64,000 bases of DNA from an uncultured bacterium. Its GTDB lineage: Bacteria > Patescibacteriota > Minisyncoccia > UBA6257 > GWB1-50-10. The stretch covers positions 52,833 through 116,832 of the forward strand of contig CAIKKG010000014.1 in NCBI GenBank assembly GCA_903827975.1, read 5' to 3'. The notes under the pieces were generated by a model that worked only from the letters and a program-made list of their open reading frames with translations, had not been told where the DNA came from and did not search any database. This document shows, piece by piece, positions 49,546 through 59,159 of the stretch. The stretch's first letter is position 1. The number at the start of each line of letters is the position of its first letter. Made by a program: the position numbers and the translations under genes.

Positions 49546-50067
49546 TTAGAACGAGACCATGATTATCGTTCCGGGCGTCCAATACCCGGAGTGGACATTG
49601 AGGGCCCAGGTGCCATCAATGCACCTGCCGGCAGCCAAAATGCTCTCCTTCTTCTCATCTCCAGATTGGAGGGAGACTAGCGTCTTGCAACTCGGCATCA
49701 CATTACTGCAATACCGGATTGCGATTGCGAGCCCTTGTGGCCCGAGAAGCGTTGGCCGGCCAGGAAGGCCAGCCACGAACTTCATGATTTCCTGCGTTGT
49801 AGCATGTTTCGTTGCGTAGAAAAAGGCAAGGCGCCTTTTCCCGGGCAGAGGGTGGATATTCCCAGCCTCTAATGACTCGAAGGTGCGTTCGAAGAGGTGG
49901 ATACTGACCTTCCCACCACGACGAAGGTAATCGAAGTGGTTCACCACGGATGTGGGTACCCTCACCATGCTCTCGGTGAGGAAGGGAAACGGCTCCTGAC
50001 CCTGCATTAGGTCACGGATCCGCCCTTGGAATGCCCGATAGGGCTTCGTCGTATTCTGATTCAGCAT
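49546..50067 (-). CDS. Hypothetical protein (GC-richer orphan)
   Basis: 173-aa ORF with TTGACA-17-CACAAT, AAGGAG SD and its own terminator. Confidence 0.7.
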   Translation of the reverse strand: MLNQNTTKPYRAFQGRIRDLMQGQEPFPFLTESMVRVPTSVVNHFDYLRRGGKVSIHLFERTFESLEAGNIHPLPGKRRLAFFYATKHATTQEIMKFVAGLPGRPTLLGPQGLAIAIRYCSNVMPSCKTLVSLQSGDEKKESILAAGRCIDGTWALNVHSGYWTPGTIIMVSF

Positions 50068-50186
50068 GTTAACTCCTTTGCGGACAGTGCCGCGGTTAAG
50101 TTGCTGGAATTATTGTGTCATAGAATAGACATAATGTCAATCATAATGCATAAAAATAAAAGGGGCGGGCAATCTGCCCACCCCAC

Positions 50187-50438
50187 TTACCTACCAAGTA
50201 TTAAATAAAGCATTCCGAGTATTGCTAAGGCCCCAGTAATAAGAGGGTACTTTGCGAGTGTTTCCGCTAAGTACCCTCCCAACCACCTAAGGAACGAAGT
50301 GAGGAGTCCCCTCACCTTACTCCCAAGCAGACCAAGAACCTTCTTTGCAGAAGGCCCACCCCACAGATAAAATGGGGCAACCAGGATGGCCATTAGTATG
50401 GCCATCATTAGAACTATACTATTAAGCTCCTTCATCAT
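50187..50438 (-). CDS. Small hydrophobic hypothetical protein
   Basis: 83 aa, two hydrophobic segments; TTGACA-17-TAATCT, AAGGGG SD, terminator at 50162-50184. Confidence 0.65.
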   Translation of the reverse strand: MMKELNSIVLMMAILMAILVAPFYLWGGPSAKKVLGLLGSKVRGLLTSFLRWLGGYLAETLAKYPLITGALAILGMLYLILGR

Positions 50439-50507
50439 AGCCCCTTATGCGGAAGTATCCGCTCAAATTTCTATAAATAGATTAGCATTTAACACTTACT
50501 TTGTCAA

Positions 50508-50537
50508 TAAAAAACCCCTGCGAAAGCAGGGGTTTTA
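50508..50537 (-). terminator. Terminator after secY
   Basis: aaaacccctgc-gaaa-gcaggggtttt. Confidence 0.8.
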
Positions 50538-50546
50538 TCTTACTTA

Positions 50547-51818
50547 TTAGAATATTCCTTCGTACTCTCGAATTGTGAGTTGTGACTCAATCTGCTTCAT
50601 AGATTCGAGTGCAACTGCAACAACGATTAGTAATGCTGTACCACCAACCTTCAACGACTGAATACCTGTAAAGAATTGTGTGATGTTTGGCAAGATTGCA
50701 ATCACACCGAGGAATAATGCTCCGAACAATGTGGTTCGATGCACTGTCTTTGCAATAACCTCTGCGGTTGCTTCACCAGGACGAATTCCAGGAATAAATC
50801 CACCACTCTGCTGAAGATTCTTTGAGATTTCCTTTGGATCAAAAGTGATAGCTGTGTAGAAATATGTGAATAGCACAACCAAGAAGAAATAAAGTGAACC
50901 ATAGATAAGCTGATTGTTGAATACCTTGGTCACAAAACTATTAAGCTTCAATGACAAATCAGGAGAGAAGATGGAGATTGATTGCGCTATAAACTGAGGG
51001 AATAGAAGAATTGAGATTGCGAAGATTATCGGAATAACTCCAGCCTGGTTAACCTTAAGTGGAAGGTACGAGGATGCTCCACCGTATACCTTTGAACCAC
51101 GAACCTGCTTTGCATATGAAACTGGAATCTTGCGCTCTCCCTCATTGACGAAAACAACGCCACCAATAACCACGAGACTAAGAATTGCAAAAATCAAATA
51201 TGTTGGAAGAACTCCTGGTGTGTAGTTTATGAACGCGGATGAGATTGCCTGAGGTAGTGCACTTACTATTCCTGCGAAAATGAGAAGTGAGATTCCGTTT
51301 CCAATCTTATATTCTGAAAGAATCTCTCCAATCCACATTAGCAATAGTGAACCAGCTGTAATAATTAAGACGTCTGTTATAAGTGAGAAAAAATTAAGTC
51401 TTGGAATAACACCCTGAGACATTAGAAGATTCAAAAATCCATAACCTTGTAATGCTGCAAGTGGGACCGTTATTAGGCGTGAGATTCTATTAAACTTCGC
51501 CTGTCCGGCTGCACCCTCTTCGTAGTATGCCTTCTTAAGATTCGGGAAAATAATGGTCAATAACTGCATAATGATTGTTGCAGTAATGTAAGGACCAACA
51601 CCAAGCATCATAATTGAGAGATGGGAAAGACCACCTCCTGAAAAAATGTTTAAAAATCCAAATAGCTGATTTGATTCGAAAAATGCCTGCAAGCGTGATG
51701 CGTCAATTCCAGGAATAGGAATAGATGCGAAAAGGCGGAAAACAAAAAGCCAAAAAAGCACCATAAGTACTTTTTTGCGAAGGTCCGGGGATTTAAATAC
51801 GAGTAGCAGTTTATTCAT
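50547..51818 (-). CDS. secY: Preprotein translocase SecY
   Basis: 'LGVGPYITATIIMQLL', 'GNGISLLIFAGI', 'LPLKVNQAGVIPIIFA', 'FIPGIRPG'. Confidence 0.97.
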   Translation of the reverse strand: MNKLLLVFKSPDLRKKVLMVLFWLFVFRLFASIPIPGIDASRLQAFFESNQLFGFLNIFSGGGLSHLSIMMLGVGPYITATIIMQLLTIIFPNLKKAYYEEGAAGQAKFNRISRLITVPLAALQGYGFLNLLMSQGVIPRLNFFSLITDVLIITAGSLLLMWIGEILSEYKIGNGISLLIFAGIVSALPQAISSAFINYTPGVLPTYLIFAILSLVVIGGVVFVNEGERKIPVSYAKQVRGSKVYGGASSYLPLKVNQAGVIPIIFAISILLFPQFIAQSISIFSPDLSLKLNSFVTKVFNNQLIYGSLYFFLVVLFTYFYTAITFDPKEISKNLQQSGGFIPGIRPGEATAEVIAKTVHRTTLFGALFLGVIAILPNITQFFTGIQSLKVGGTALLIVVAVALESMKQIESQLTIREYEGIF

Positions 51819-51833
51819 TTGAAATCGAATTGC

Positions 51834-52256
51834 TTACTTAACTGTTCCGCCGGCTTTCTCTATTTTTGCTTTTGCTCCAGCAGAAATCTCTACGCCGTCA
51901 ATTGTTATAGGTTTTTTTATCTCTCCTCCGCTTAAAATCTTTACGCGAATGTGAGTTCCTTTCGTCAATCCCTTCTCGGCAATTATGCTCTTTGAAACGA
52001 TTCCGTCAGGAAATACTTTTGTGAGTTCACCAACATTAAATATTAGTGCAACCTCTCTCTTTGGCTTATTTTTGACACCGCGCAACTTTGGAATGCGCAT
52101 CAAAAGATCGCGCTCTGCAGGGCGAATTCTGTGACCAGCACGTGACTTCTGTCCTTTTTGTCCGTGTCCTGATGTCGTTCCACGCTTGCCACCACGGCCT
52201 ACGCGCTTCTGACTCTTCCTTATTGCATTTTTCGGTTTTAATTCGTTAAGCTGCAT
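51834..52256 (-). CDS. rplO: 50S ribosomal protein L15
   Basis: 'RVGRGGKRGTTSGHGQKGQKSRAG'. Confidence 0.95.
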   Translation of the reverse strand: MQLNELKPKNAIRKSQKRVGRGGKRGTTSGHGQKGQKSRAGHRIRPAERDLLMRIPKLRGVKNKPKREVALIFNVGELTKVFPDGIVSKSIIAEKGLTKGTHIRVKILSGGEIKKPITIDGVEISAGAKAKIEKAGGTVK

Positions 52257-52268
52257 ATTATTTAAACT

Positions 52269-52778
52269 TTATTTAATCGGCTCTATCGACTTCAATGCTT
52301 CTATTCCTGCCTGTGCATTCGCAATTTTATTTTTTGTTGTTCCAAGGATTTTTGCAGAAACATCTTTTATTCCTGCGAGTTCCAAGACAACGCGAAGTGA
52401 GCCTCCCGCAATAAGACCGTGTCCCTTTTTAGCAGGCTTTATACGAACTCTTGCTGCATCAAACTTAGCCTCAACCTCATAAGGAACTGTGCGGCCGTCC
52501 TTAAGATTCACGCGAACCACACTTTTTTCTGCCTGACGAGTCGCCTTCTGTACTGCTGCTGAGAAATCTAATCCTTTTGCAGTACCGATGCCGATGCGTC
52601 CCTTCATATCACCCACCACGACTGCTGCGCGGAAGCTAAAGCGCTTTCCTCCTGCAACAACACGAGTTACGCGACGAACTTCGAGAACGCGCTCCTTAAA
52701 CTCAGAAACCCTCTTAGGCATCATACGCCTCGGACCTCTTGGCGAATTTTGATTATTTTTTGAATTAGGGTTGAACAT
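52269..52778 (-). CDS. rpsE: 30S ribosomal protein S5
   Basis: 'RRVTRVVAGGKRFSFRAAVVVGD'. Confidence 0.96.
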   Translation of the reverse strand: MFNPNSKNNQNSPRGPRRMMPKRVSEFKERVLEVRRVTRVVAGGKRFSFRAAVVVGDMKGRIGIGTAKGLDFSAAVQKATRQAEKSVVRVNLKDGRTVPYEVEAKFDAARVRIKPAKKGHGLIAGGSLRVVLELAGIKDVSAKILGTTKNKIANAQAGIEALKSIEPIK

Positions 52779-52780
52779 AA

Positions 52781-53134
52781 TTATATATTGATTCCCTCGT
52801 TTCTTGCGGCCTCAACAAGTGCCTTTACGCGACCGTGATATCTGTATGAACCGCGATCAAATACGGCTGATGTTACTCCAGCTGCTTTTGCGCGTTCTGC
52901 AATTGTCTTTCCGACAAAGGCTGAACCCGTAAGTTTAGGCTCCTTCTTCTTCATTTCTTTTGAGGTTGCTGAAGCTAATGTCTTTCCTGCAACATCATCA
53001 ATGAGCTGAGCAAGCATATATTTATTGCTGCGAAATACTGAAAGACGAGGTCGCTCTGCGGTGCCACGAATACGCGCACGTGTTCGTATCGCTCTTCGCT
53101 CTCTCTTTTCAATTAATTTCTTTCTGTCGTTCAT
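52781..53134 (-). CDS. rplR: 50S ribosomal protein L18
   Basis: '[10 protein letters not shown]', '[15 protein letters not shown]'. Confidence 0.96.
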   Translation of the reverse strand: MNDRKKLIEKRERRAIRTRARIRGTAERPRLSVFRSNKYMLAQLIDDVAGKTLASATSKEMKKKEPKLTGSAFVGKTIAERAKAAGVTSAVFDRGSYRYHGRVKALVEAARNEGINI

Positions 53135-53146
53135 ATTATTTTACGA

Positions 53147-53689
53147 TTATTTTGCAGCTGCTTTCTTACCCGCTTTGCGCTTAATTATTTCGCCTTGATA
53201 TCTGAAACCTTTTCCTTTGTATGGCTCTGGCTTCTTCAAAGCGCGAATCTCTGCAGCAACCTGCCCTACAAGTGCTTTGTCAAAACCTGCAATTTTTAAA
53301 ATGGTGTTTTTCTCAACTGTAAATTCAATATTCTCAGGAGCCTTATACTTAACCGGGTGGGAAAAGCCAAGACTTAGATTTAAATCGTTTCCATCCTTAG
53401 CAATCTTATATCCGACACCTTCAACAATTAAAGTTTTTTCGTAACCCTTTACGAGTCCTTCTATTGCATTCTGGATCAATGAGCGGAGTGTTCCCCAGTT
53501 GCTACGAATCTGCTTTGCAGTACTATCCGCAGTTAATGTGAGCTCATTGTTTTCAATTTTAACGTTAATTCCGCGCAATTTTTCAATTACAAGCTCTCGC
53601 TTTGCGTCTTTGACAACCACGCGCTTAGGTTCAACCGTTACGGTGATGCCTGCTGGAATTTCTATAAGTTTTTTTCCTACTTTCGACAT
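53147..53689 (-). CDS. rplF: 50S ribosomal protein L6
   Basis: 'LGFSHPV', 'PEPYKGKG'. Confidence 0.96.
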   Translation of the reverse strand: MSKVGKKLIEIPAGITVTVEPKRVVVKDAKRELVIEKLRGINVKIENNELTLTADSTAKQIRSNWGTLRSLIQNAIEGLVKGYEKTLIVEGVGYKIAKDGNDLNLSLGFSHPVKYKAPENIEFTVEKNTILKIAGFDKALVGQVAAEIRALKKPEPYKGKGFRYQGEIIKRKAGKKAAAK

Positions 53690-53702
53690 ATGTATTAAAT
53701 AA

Positions 53703-54074
53703 TTACCAGACTTGGAATAAGAGTTGACCTCCTACTTTTTCTTTTTTTGCCTCATCGCCAGACATAACACCTTTCGAGGTTGATACCACGAGAAGTCCAT
53801 GTCCACTTTTTACACGCCTAAATTCATCATAACCACCATATCTTCGTAGTGAAGGCTTGCTCAAAAATTTGATTCCTTTAATTGGGTGCTTTTCGTTGAG
53901 CTCCAACTCAATCACCTTTTTATAGGACTTACCTTTTACATCAAAACTTTTCACAAAACCATATCGTGTAAGAATCTCAGTTACTGCGTTGTCCATCTTA
54001 GTGTATCTCGTCTTAAGAGTATACTTTTCAGCGGCCTCAGCGTTTTTAATTTTTATCAAAAGGTCTATGTACAT
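53703..54074 (-). CDS. rpsH: 30S ribosomal protein S8
   Basis: 'SKPSLRRY', 'STSKGVM', 'GGQLL'; short N-terminus. Confidence 0.93.
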   Translation of the reverse strand: MYIDLLIKIKNAEAAEKYTLKTRYTKMDNAVTEILTRYGFVKSFDVKGKSYKKVIELELNEKHPIKGIKFLSKPSLRRYGGYDEFRRVKSGHGLLVVSTSKGVMSGDEAKKEKVGGQLLFQVW

Positions 54075-54075
54075 A

Positions 54076-54261
54076 TTACCAAGATGATTTTTTTACCCCA
54101 GGGATCTCTCCACGACTTGCAAATTCTCTGAAGCAGATTCTGCACAAGTTGAAATCGTTCATATATCCGCGCTTTCTTCCGCAACGGAAACAACGCTTCA
54201 CGATTCGTGTGGAATACTTCGGTGTCTTTTTAGCTCTTGCGATTACAGATGTTTTTGCCAT
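54076..54261 (-). CDS. rpsN: 30S ribosomal protein S14 (zinc-binding type Z)
   Basis: 61 aa, 'RCFRCGR...LCRICFR'. Confidence 0.96.
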   Translation of the reverse strand: MAKTSVIARAKKTPKYSTRIVKRCFRCGRKRGYMNDFNLCRICFREFASRGEIPGVKKSSW

Positions 54262-54263
54262 GC

Positions 54264-54776
54264 TTACTTTTCAGAGTTTTTTAATGGTACCCCAAGCGAC
54301 CTATATAAAGCAATTGCTGCTTCACGATCTTTCTCCTTCGGAACAACGGTCACCTGTATTCCAAATGACACGCGTGATTTTTCAGGATTGATTTCAGGAA
54401 ACACCGTCTGCTCACGGAAACCGAAGTTCAAATTACCGTCATGATCAACATTTGAAATTTCAAGTCCGCGGAAATCTTTTACGCGAGGTAATACAACATT
54501 TACAACTTTTGATAAAAAGTCATTCATACGTTGCTTTCTTAGCGTTACTTGTAGTCCAACAACCTCACCTTCACGAATCTTAAATGTTGAGATTGATTTT
54601 TTTGCTTTACGCTCAGCTGGCTTCTGTCCGGTTATTATAGAAAGTTCCTTCTCAATTTCAGGTAATATCTTATCGTCAAACTGTGCCTGATTGCGAAGTT
54701 TACCCACGCCGGAGTTTACGACGAGTTTTGCAAGTACTGTTTGAGTATGTTTATTTGTTTTCGTTTCCTTTTTCAT
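54264..54776 (-). CDS. rplE: 50S ribosomal protein L5
   Basis: 'ITGQKP', 'FKIREG', 'LPRVKDFRG'. Confidence 0.96.
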   Translation of the reverse strand: MKKETKTNKHTQTVLAKLVVNSGVGKLRNQAQFDDKILPEIEKELSIITGQKPAERKAKKSISTFKIREGEVVGLQVTLRKQRMNDFLSKVVNVVLPRVKDFRGLEISNVDHDGNLNFGFREQTVFPEINPEKSRVSFGIQVTVVPKEKDREAAIALYRSLGVPLKNSEK

Positions 54777-54779
54777 ATT

Positions 54780-55085
54780 CTAAATAGCTCCTTTGCACTT
54801 AGCGCAATATCGCACCTTTTTATCAACATCCATACGAAATCCGATACGTGTCTGCTTGTTACAGCTAGGACAAACTATCGCAACATTTGAAATATCCATA
54901 GGCCTTGCTATTGATATGATTTCTCCTTTCTGTCCCTGCTTTTTTGGCTTTACGTGCTTCTTGTATAAATTTAAGCCTTCGAGTGACACCTTGCTCGTTT
55001 TTGAATCAGCATTAACAACCTTGCCGCTTTTTCCGCGGTCCTTTCCTGTCAAAATTTTAACTGTGTCGCCTTTTTTTATGTTCAT
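54780..55085 (-). CDS. rplX: 50S ribosomal protein L24
   Basis: 'IKKGDTVKILTGKDRGKSG'. Confidence 0.96.
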   Translation of the reverse strand: MNIKKGDTVKILTGKDRGKSGKVVNADSKTSKVSLEGLNLYKKHVKPKKQGQKGEIISIARPMDISNVAIVCPSCNKQTRIGFRMDVDKKVRYCAKCKGAI

Positions 55086-55103
55086 ACTCGAATTCTTGAA
55101 TTT

Positions 55104-55469
55104 TTACACTAGCTCTTCTGCAAGTGATGCTATTGTTGTATATCCCTTCTCTTTAATTTCGCGTGGGATTGGACCGAAGATACGAGTACCTTTTGGCTCT
55201 CCCTTATCAATGATTACAACTGCATTATCGTCAAAACGAATCCTTGAGCCGTCTGCGCGCTTTATAGGTGCTCGCTGGCGAACTACAAGTGCTCTTACGA
55301 CATCCTTTTTCTTTACCTGTTTTCTTGGTTCTGCCTTCTGAACAGATGCAACGATTATCTGACCTACTGTTGCATAACGCTTACGGCTTCCGCCGAGAAC
55401 ACGAAAACAACGCACGGTCTTTGCACCACTGTTATCAGCCACTTTTAGTATGGATCGTTCTTGAATCAT
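55104..55469 (-). CDS. rplN: 50S ribosomal protein L14
   Basis: 'VADNSGAK', 'GTRIFGPI'. Confidence 0.97.
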   Translation of the reverse strand: MIQERSILKVADNSGAKTVRCFRVLGGSRKRYATVGQIIVASVQKAEPRKQVKKKDVVRALVVRQRAPIKRADGSRIRFDDNAVVIIDKGEPKGTRIFGPIPREIKEKGYTTIASLAEELV

Positions 55470-55505
55470 AGTTGTTATCTACCGAAATTAGTGTCTCAAT
55501 AGTAT

Positions 55506-55733
55506 CTACGCTTTTCCGACAATTGTCCAGCGTTTTTCGCGCGACATTGGGCGAACTTCCTGAATTATTACCTTATCTCCGGCCTTGTACTCGTTTTTCT
55601 CATCGTGCGCTTTAAATCTATCCGTTACTGCATAATATTTATCGTATCTCGGATGTTTTTTCATGCGATCGACTGCGACAACACGAGTCTTTGTCATTTT
55701 GTCTGAAACAATTGTACCTTGAAGTTTTCTCAT
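55506..55733 (-). CDS. rpsQ: 30S ribosomal protein S17
   Basis: 'SDKMTKT', 'HPRY', 'AHDE', 'RPMSREKRW'. Confidence 0.96.
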   Translation of the reverse strand: MRKLQGTIVSDKMTKTRVVAVDRMKKHPRYDKYYAVTDRFKAHDEKNEYKAGDKVIIQEVRPMSREKRWTIVGKA

Positions 55734-55734
55734 G

Positions 55735-55953
55735 TTATTTGTTATTCTCCACCTCGATCTTTGACCTTTCAGCTAAAACAGTGAGAAGTTGAGCAATGCT
55801 CGTCTTCACATTCTTTATTTCACGGATATTTTTAACCTTACCAGCTGCTAAATCAAATTTAAGATTAACGCGTTTAATGCGAAGTTCATTGAGTTCTTTC
55901 TCAATCTCTGAGACCGCTTTATTTTTCATTAATTTAAATTCGTTCTTCTTCAT
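55735..55953 (-). CDS. rpmC: 50S ribosomal protein L29
   Basis: Operon position and 'IAQLLTV'. Confidence 0.9.
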   Translation of the reverse strand: MKKNEFKLMKNKAVSEIEKELNELRIKRVNLKFDLAAGKVKNIREIKNVKTSIAQLLTVLAERSKIEVENNK

Positions 55954-55954
55954 A

Positions 55955-56365
55955 TTATTGTGAAATAAATTTTGTCTTAACAGGCATCTTATGTCCAGCC
56001 ATCAAGAGGGCGCGCTTTGCTACCGCCTCCTTAACTCCATCAACCTCATACAGGATTCTTCCTGGTTTAACAGGAAATACGTAACGATCGATTTCACCCT
56101 TTCCACCTCCCAAGGTTACTTCTGGAGGAAGTTTGGTTACTGGCTTGTCTGGGAATATTCTAATCCAGAGACGTCCCTCACGATGCATTGAGTGTGCAAT
56201 TGTCTTTCTTCCTGCCTCAATCTGGTTGGCTGTAAGCCATGCCGCCTCGAGTGCCTGAAGTCCAAACTTTCCGTAAGAAAGCGTAATTCCACGCGTCTCA
56301 ACTAGGCGTCTTCGTGAGCGTCCTTTCTGCTGCTTCCTATATTTTTGTTTTTTAGGCTGTAACAT
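55955..56365 (-). CDS. rplP: 50S ribosomal protein L16
   Basis: 'MLQPKKQKYRKQQKGR', 'WIRIFPDKP', 'GGGKG'. Confidence 0.97.
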   Translation of the reverse strand: MLQPKKQKYRKQQKGRSRRRLVETRGITLSYGKFGLQALEAAWLTANQIEAGRKTIAHSMHREGRLWIRIFPDKPVTKLPPEVTLGGGKGEIDRYVFPVKPGRILYEVDGVKEAVAKRALLMAGHKMPVKTKFISQ

Positions 56366-56374
56366 GGTTCAAGA

Positions 56375-57052
56375 CTATTTAGCGTTCTTTTCTTCAAATA
56401 TTTCTCCTTTGTTGATCCAGACCTTAACACCAACCGTTCCATAGCTGTTGAACGAGGTTGCTTCAGCATAGTCAATGTTTGCGCGGAGCGTCTGCAAAGG
56501 CATTCTTCCATTCGCGAGCCAATCGGTTCGGGAAATTTCAGCGCCATTTAAACGGCCGGACAATTTAATCTTTACACCTTTTACATCCCTGTTCTGCATC
56601 GTGCTTTCTACAGCACGCTTCATTATTTTACGATATGGCTGACGGCGCTCTATGTCCGTAGCAATCTGCTGAGCGACAACTGCTGATGAAACATCGGTTC
56701 TTTTTAATTCTTCAATATTAAGATTAAGTGAAAAATTTGTAGGTGCCTTGTTTGCCTTGCGAATTGCCTTTAGCTTTACGAGAAGTTTCTCACGAAGCTC
56801 TTCAATTCCCTTTCCTCCGCGTCCTATTATAAGACCTGGGCGACTTGCAAGAATATTAACTCTTACAACCTCGCTTGTTCTTTCAATAACAATTCCGGCA
56901 ACTCCGGCCTCTTTTAATTTTTCTTTTACAAATTCGCGAATTGCATAATCCTCCTCAAGGAAAAACCTAGATTTTCGTGTGAAAAACCAGCGGCTTGCCC
57001 ATGGAAGCGTAACTCCGATTCGTAATGTTGTTGGTTTAATCTTCTGTGCCAT
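56375..57052 (-). CDS. rpsC: 30S ribosomal protein S3
   Basis: 'RPGLIIGRGG', 'SGRLNGAEISR', 'PLQTLRANIDY'. Confidence 0.97.
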   Translation of the reverse strand: MAQKIKPTTLRIGVTLPWASRWFFTRKSRFFLEEDYAIREFVKEKLKEAGVAGIVIERTSEVVRVNILASRPGLIIGRGGKGIEELREKLLVKLKAIRKANKAPTNFSLNLNIEELKRTDVSSAVVAQQIATDIERRQPYRKIMKRAVESTMQNRDVKGVKIKLSGRLNGAEISRTDWLANGRMPLQTLRANIDYAEATSFNSYGTVGVKVWINKGEIFEEKNAK

Positions 57053-57057
57053 ACGTT

Positions 57058-57570
57058 CTAAATTGCTTTCCTGCTAAATATTTTTGGACCACCACTTCTC
57101 TTCTCTTTAGGCTTCTCAACACTTACCGTCTTATCTTCGTGTGTGTGCTTTGAATCCTTAGACGTGGTCTTCTTTTTCTTTGGTTTCTCCTCCTTCTTTT
57201 TCTTCGCAATTATGGTGAAACGCTTTGCCTTTGCTTCTCTTACTCCAAGCTCAATTGTGATGTGACTTGTTTTCTTTTGGATCTGACTTGCACTTCCTCT
57301 TGCACGAGGTGTCCAGCGCTTTGTCATTGGTCCGTTATCAACGATAACGTTACTTACATAAAGAGTATCGATATCAAGCTTTTTGTTGTGAGTTGCATTA
57401 GCTATTGCACTTCTCAATAGGCGCAAAAGATAATCTCGTGTGCGATGTGGAGACAATAAAAGCTGTCCCTCTGCTTCGTTTACAGAAAGACCCTTAATAA
57501 TGTTCGCGTAAATTCTAACCTTACGCGGTGACATCTTCATGAACTTAAGTTTTGCGACAATAGTTTCCAT
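57058..57570 (-). CDS. rplV: 50S ribosomal protein L22 with Lys-rich C-terminal extension
   Basis: 'SPRKVR', 'SAIANA', 'PRARG', 'TSHIT'. Confidence 0.95.
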   Translation of the reverse strand: METIVAKLKFMKMSPRKVRIYANIIKGLSVNEAEGQLLLSPHRTRDYLLRLLRSAIANATHNKKLDIDTLYVSNVIVDNGPMTKRWTPRARGSASQIQKKTSHITIELGVREAKAKRFTIIAKKKKEEKPKKKKTTSKDSKHTHEDKTVSVEKPKEKRSGGPKIFSRKAI

Positions 57571-57576
57571 GTTTCG

Positions 57577-57894
57577 TTATTTCTTTGCAGTCGCTGCAGG
57601 TGCAGGAGCTGTTGATTTCTTTTCTAAGTCGCGCTGCATTTTTCCACCGTGCTTCACGAATTTCCTTGTAAGTGAGAACTCGCCAAACCTGTGTCCAATC
57701 ATGTCCTCACCAACTGTTACCTCAATAAAGTCCTTTCCATTGTGTACTCCAAACGTAAATCCAACCATTTCCGGGGAAATTTCTGAATCACGAGACCACG
57801 TCTTTACGACTGTGTGATCGCCATGTTTCATGGTCGAAACTTTCTTTAATATATTTGGGTCTACCCATGGACCTTTTCGTGTTGAACGGCTCAT
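57577..57894 (-). CDS. rpsS: 30S ribosomal protein S19
   Basis: 'KTWSRDS', 'VHNGK', 'GHRFGEF'. Confidence 0.97.
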   Translation of the reverse strand: MSRSTRKGPWVDPNILKKVSTMKHGDHTVVKTWSRDSEISPEMVGFTFGVHNGKDFIEVTVGEDMIGHRFGEFSLTRKFVKHGGKMQRDLEKKSTAPAPAATAKK

Positions 57895-57918
57895 ATTTGT
57901 TTATTTAATGCGGTGATT

Positions 57919-57947
57919 AGTATATCGATTAGTTCAGGATTTTACAA
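57919..57947 (-). promoter_or_regulatory. Putative internal sigma70 promoter upstream of rpsS
   Basis: TTGTAA-17-TATACT in the rplB-rpsS gap. Confidence 0.55.
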
Positions 57948-57949
57948 CC

Positions 57950-58777
57950 TTACTTACTCCTGCGCTTAACGATAAGCTTCGTCGACCACTTCTTCTTGTT
58001 TCTTGTCTTCTTTCCTCCTGTAATCTTTCCCCACTTTGTCTTAGGACGCTTCGTTCCACGTTGCGTACTTCCTTCTCCACCACCGTATGGATGGTCGCGT
58101 GGGTTCATGGCTTTTCCTCTAACTGTAGGACGAATGCCAAGCCAACGTGAATGTCCTGCCTTACCTCCGACAACTAGGTTGTGTTCGATGTTTGAAACCT
58201 GACCGATTGTTGCTGCGCAATCCCAAGATACCTTTCGGACCTCGCTGGATGCCATTTTCAAGTGCGTATATCCGTCTTCATTTGCCAATACCTGAACAGA
58301 TGAACCAGCTGAGCGGGCAAACTGACCGCCTTTTCCTGGCGAGAGCTCAACATTGTGAACAAATGTACCAACTGGAATTCTTTTTAATGATGTTCTATTT
58401 CCTGAAATAAATTCTGATGTTTCTGATGCGATTATCACATCGTCAACCTTCATTCCATGTGGAGCGATTATGTATTTTCGGTCGCCATCTTTATAACTGA
58501 TACGTGCAATAAAGGCTGTGCGATATGGATCATACTCAATAGACTCAACCTTTCCTGGAACGCCAAATTTTTTCTGTACAAAATCAATCTCTCTGAATAT
58601 TTTCTTGTTTCCTCCTCCCTGGTGACGCATTGTAATGCGACCCTGTGAGTTACGTCCGGCTCTGTTACTTCTGCCGCGCGTAAGCGACTTCAAACGCTTC
58701 ACGCCCTTGGTAAGCGTTCCGTAGTCAACTACGGTCATGTGTCTGCGTGATTGAGTTGTCGGCTTATACTGTTTCAT
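57950..58777 (-). CDS. rplB: 50S ribosomal protein L2
   Basis: 'GRNSQGRIT', 'EYDPYR', 'RPTVRGKAMNP.DHPYGGGEG'. Confidence 0.97.
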   Translation of the reverse strand: MKQYKPTTQSRRHMTVVDYGTLTKGVKRLKSLTRGRSNRAGRNSQGRITMRHQGGGNKKIFREIDFVQKKFGVPGKVESIEYDPYRTAFIARISYKDGDRKYIIAPHGMKVDDVIIASETSEFISGNRTSLKRIPVGTFVHNVELSPGKGGQFARSAGSSVQVLANEDGYTHLKMASSEVRKVSWDCAATIGQVSNIEHNLVVGGKAGHSRWLGIRPTVRGKAMNPRDHPYGGGEGSTQRGTKRPKTKWGKITGGKKTRNKKKWSTKLIVKRRSK

Positions 58778-58779
58778 GT

Positions 58780-59154
58780 TTATGCAATCTCTATTTTATC
58801 TCCTGCTTTCAAGGTCACATACGCCTTTTTGTGTATTGAGGCCTTACCACGGCGACCACGGAATGTTTTTACTTTACCCTTGTTAACAACCATGTCTACA
58901 TCAACAACTTTTACGTTGTATCTGCGTTGTACTTCCTCCTTTACCATAATTTTATTTGCTGAATTCTCAACAATAAAAACATACTGATTGCGTGCCTGAA
59001 GTCCGTACGCCTTTTCACTTGCATGAGGGCGCTTAATAACACTCGTTGTAGCAGAATGCTGCGCAGGTGTGCTTTTTTTCTTAGGACTTGCGGTTACAAC
59101 AGCTGTTTCCTTCTCCTCTCCCTCTTCTTTAGTTTTAAAAATATTCATTGCCAT
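58780..59154 (-). CDS. rplW: 50S ribosomal protein L23
   Basis: 'SEKA', 'ANK', 'KKAYVTL'; N-terminal extension. Confidence 0.93.
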   Translation of the reverse strand: MAMNIFKTKEEGEEKETAVVTASPKKKSTPAQHSATTSVIKRPHASEKAYGLQARNQYVFIVENSANKIMVKEEVQRRYNVKVVDVDMVVNKGKVKTFRGRRGKASIHKKAYVTLKAGDKIEIA

Positions 59155-59159
59155 ATGCG

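Noticed and set aside
28637-50067. Diversity-generating retroelement targeting the orphan paralogs
   Set aside because: No reverse transcriptase and no TR/VR pair differing at adenines seen in this window.
52257-52268. Missing rpmD (uL30) as a novelty
   Set aside because: Known general CPR trait; used only as taxonomic evidence.
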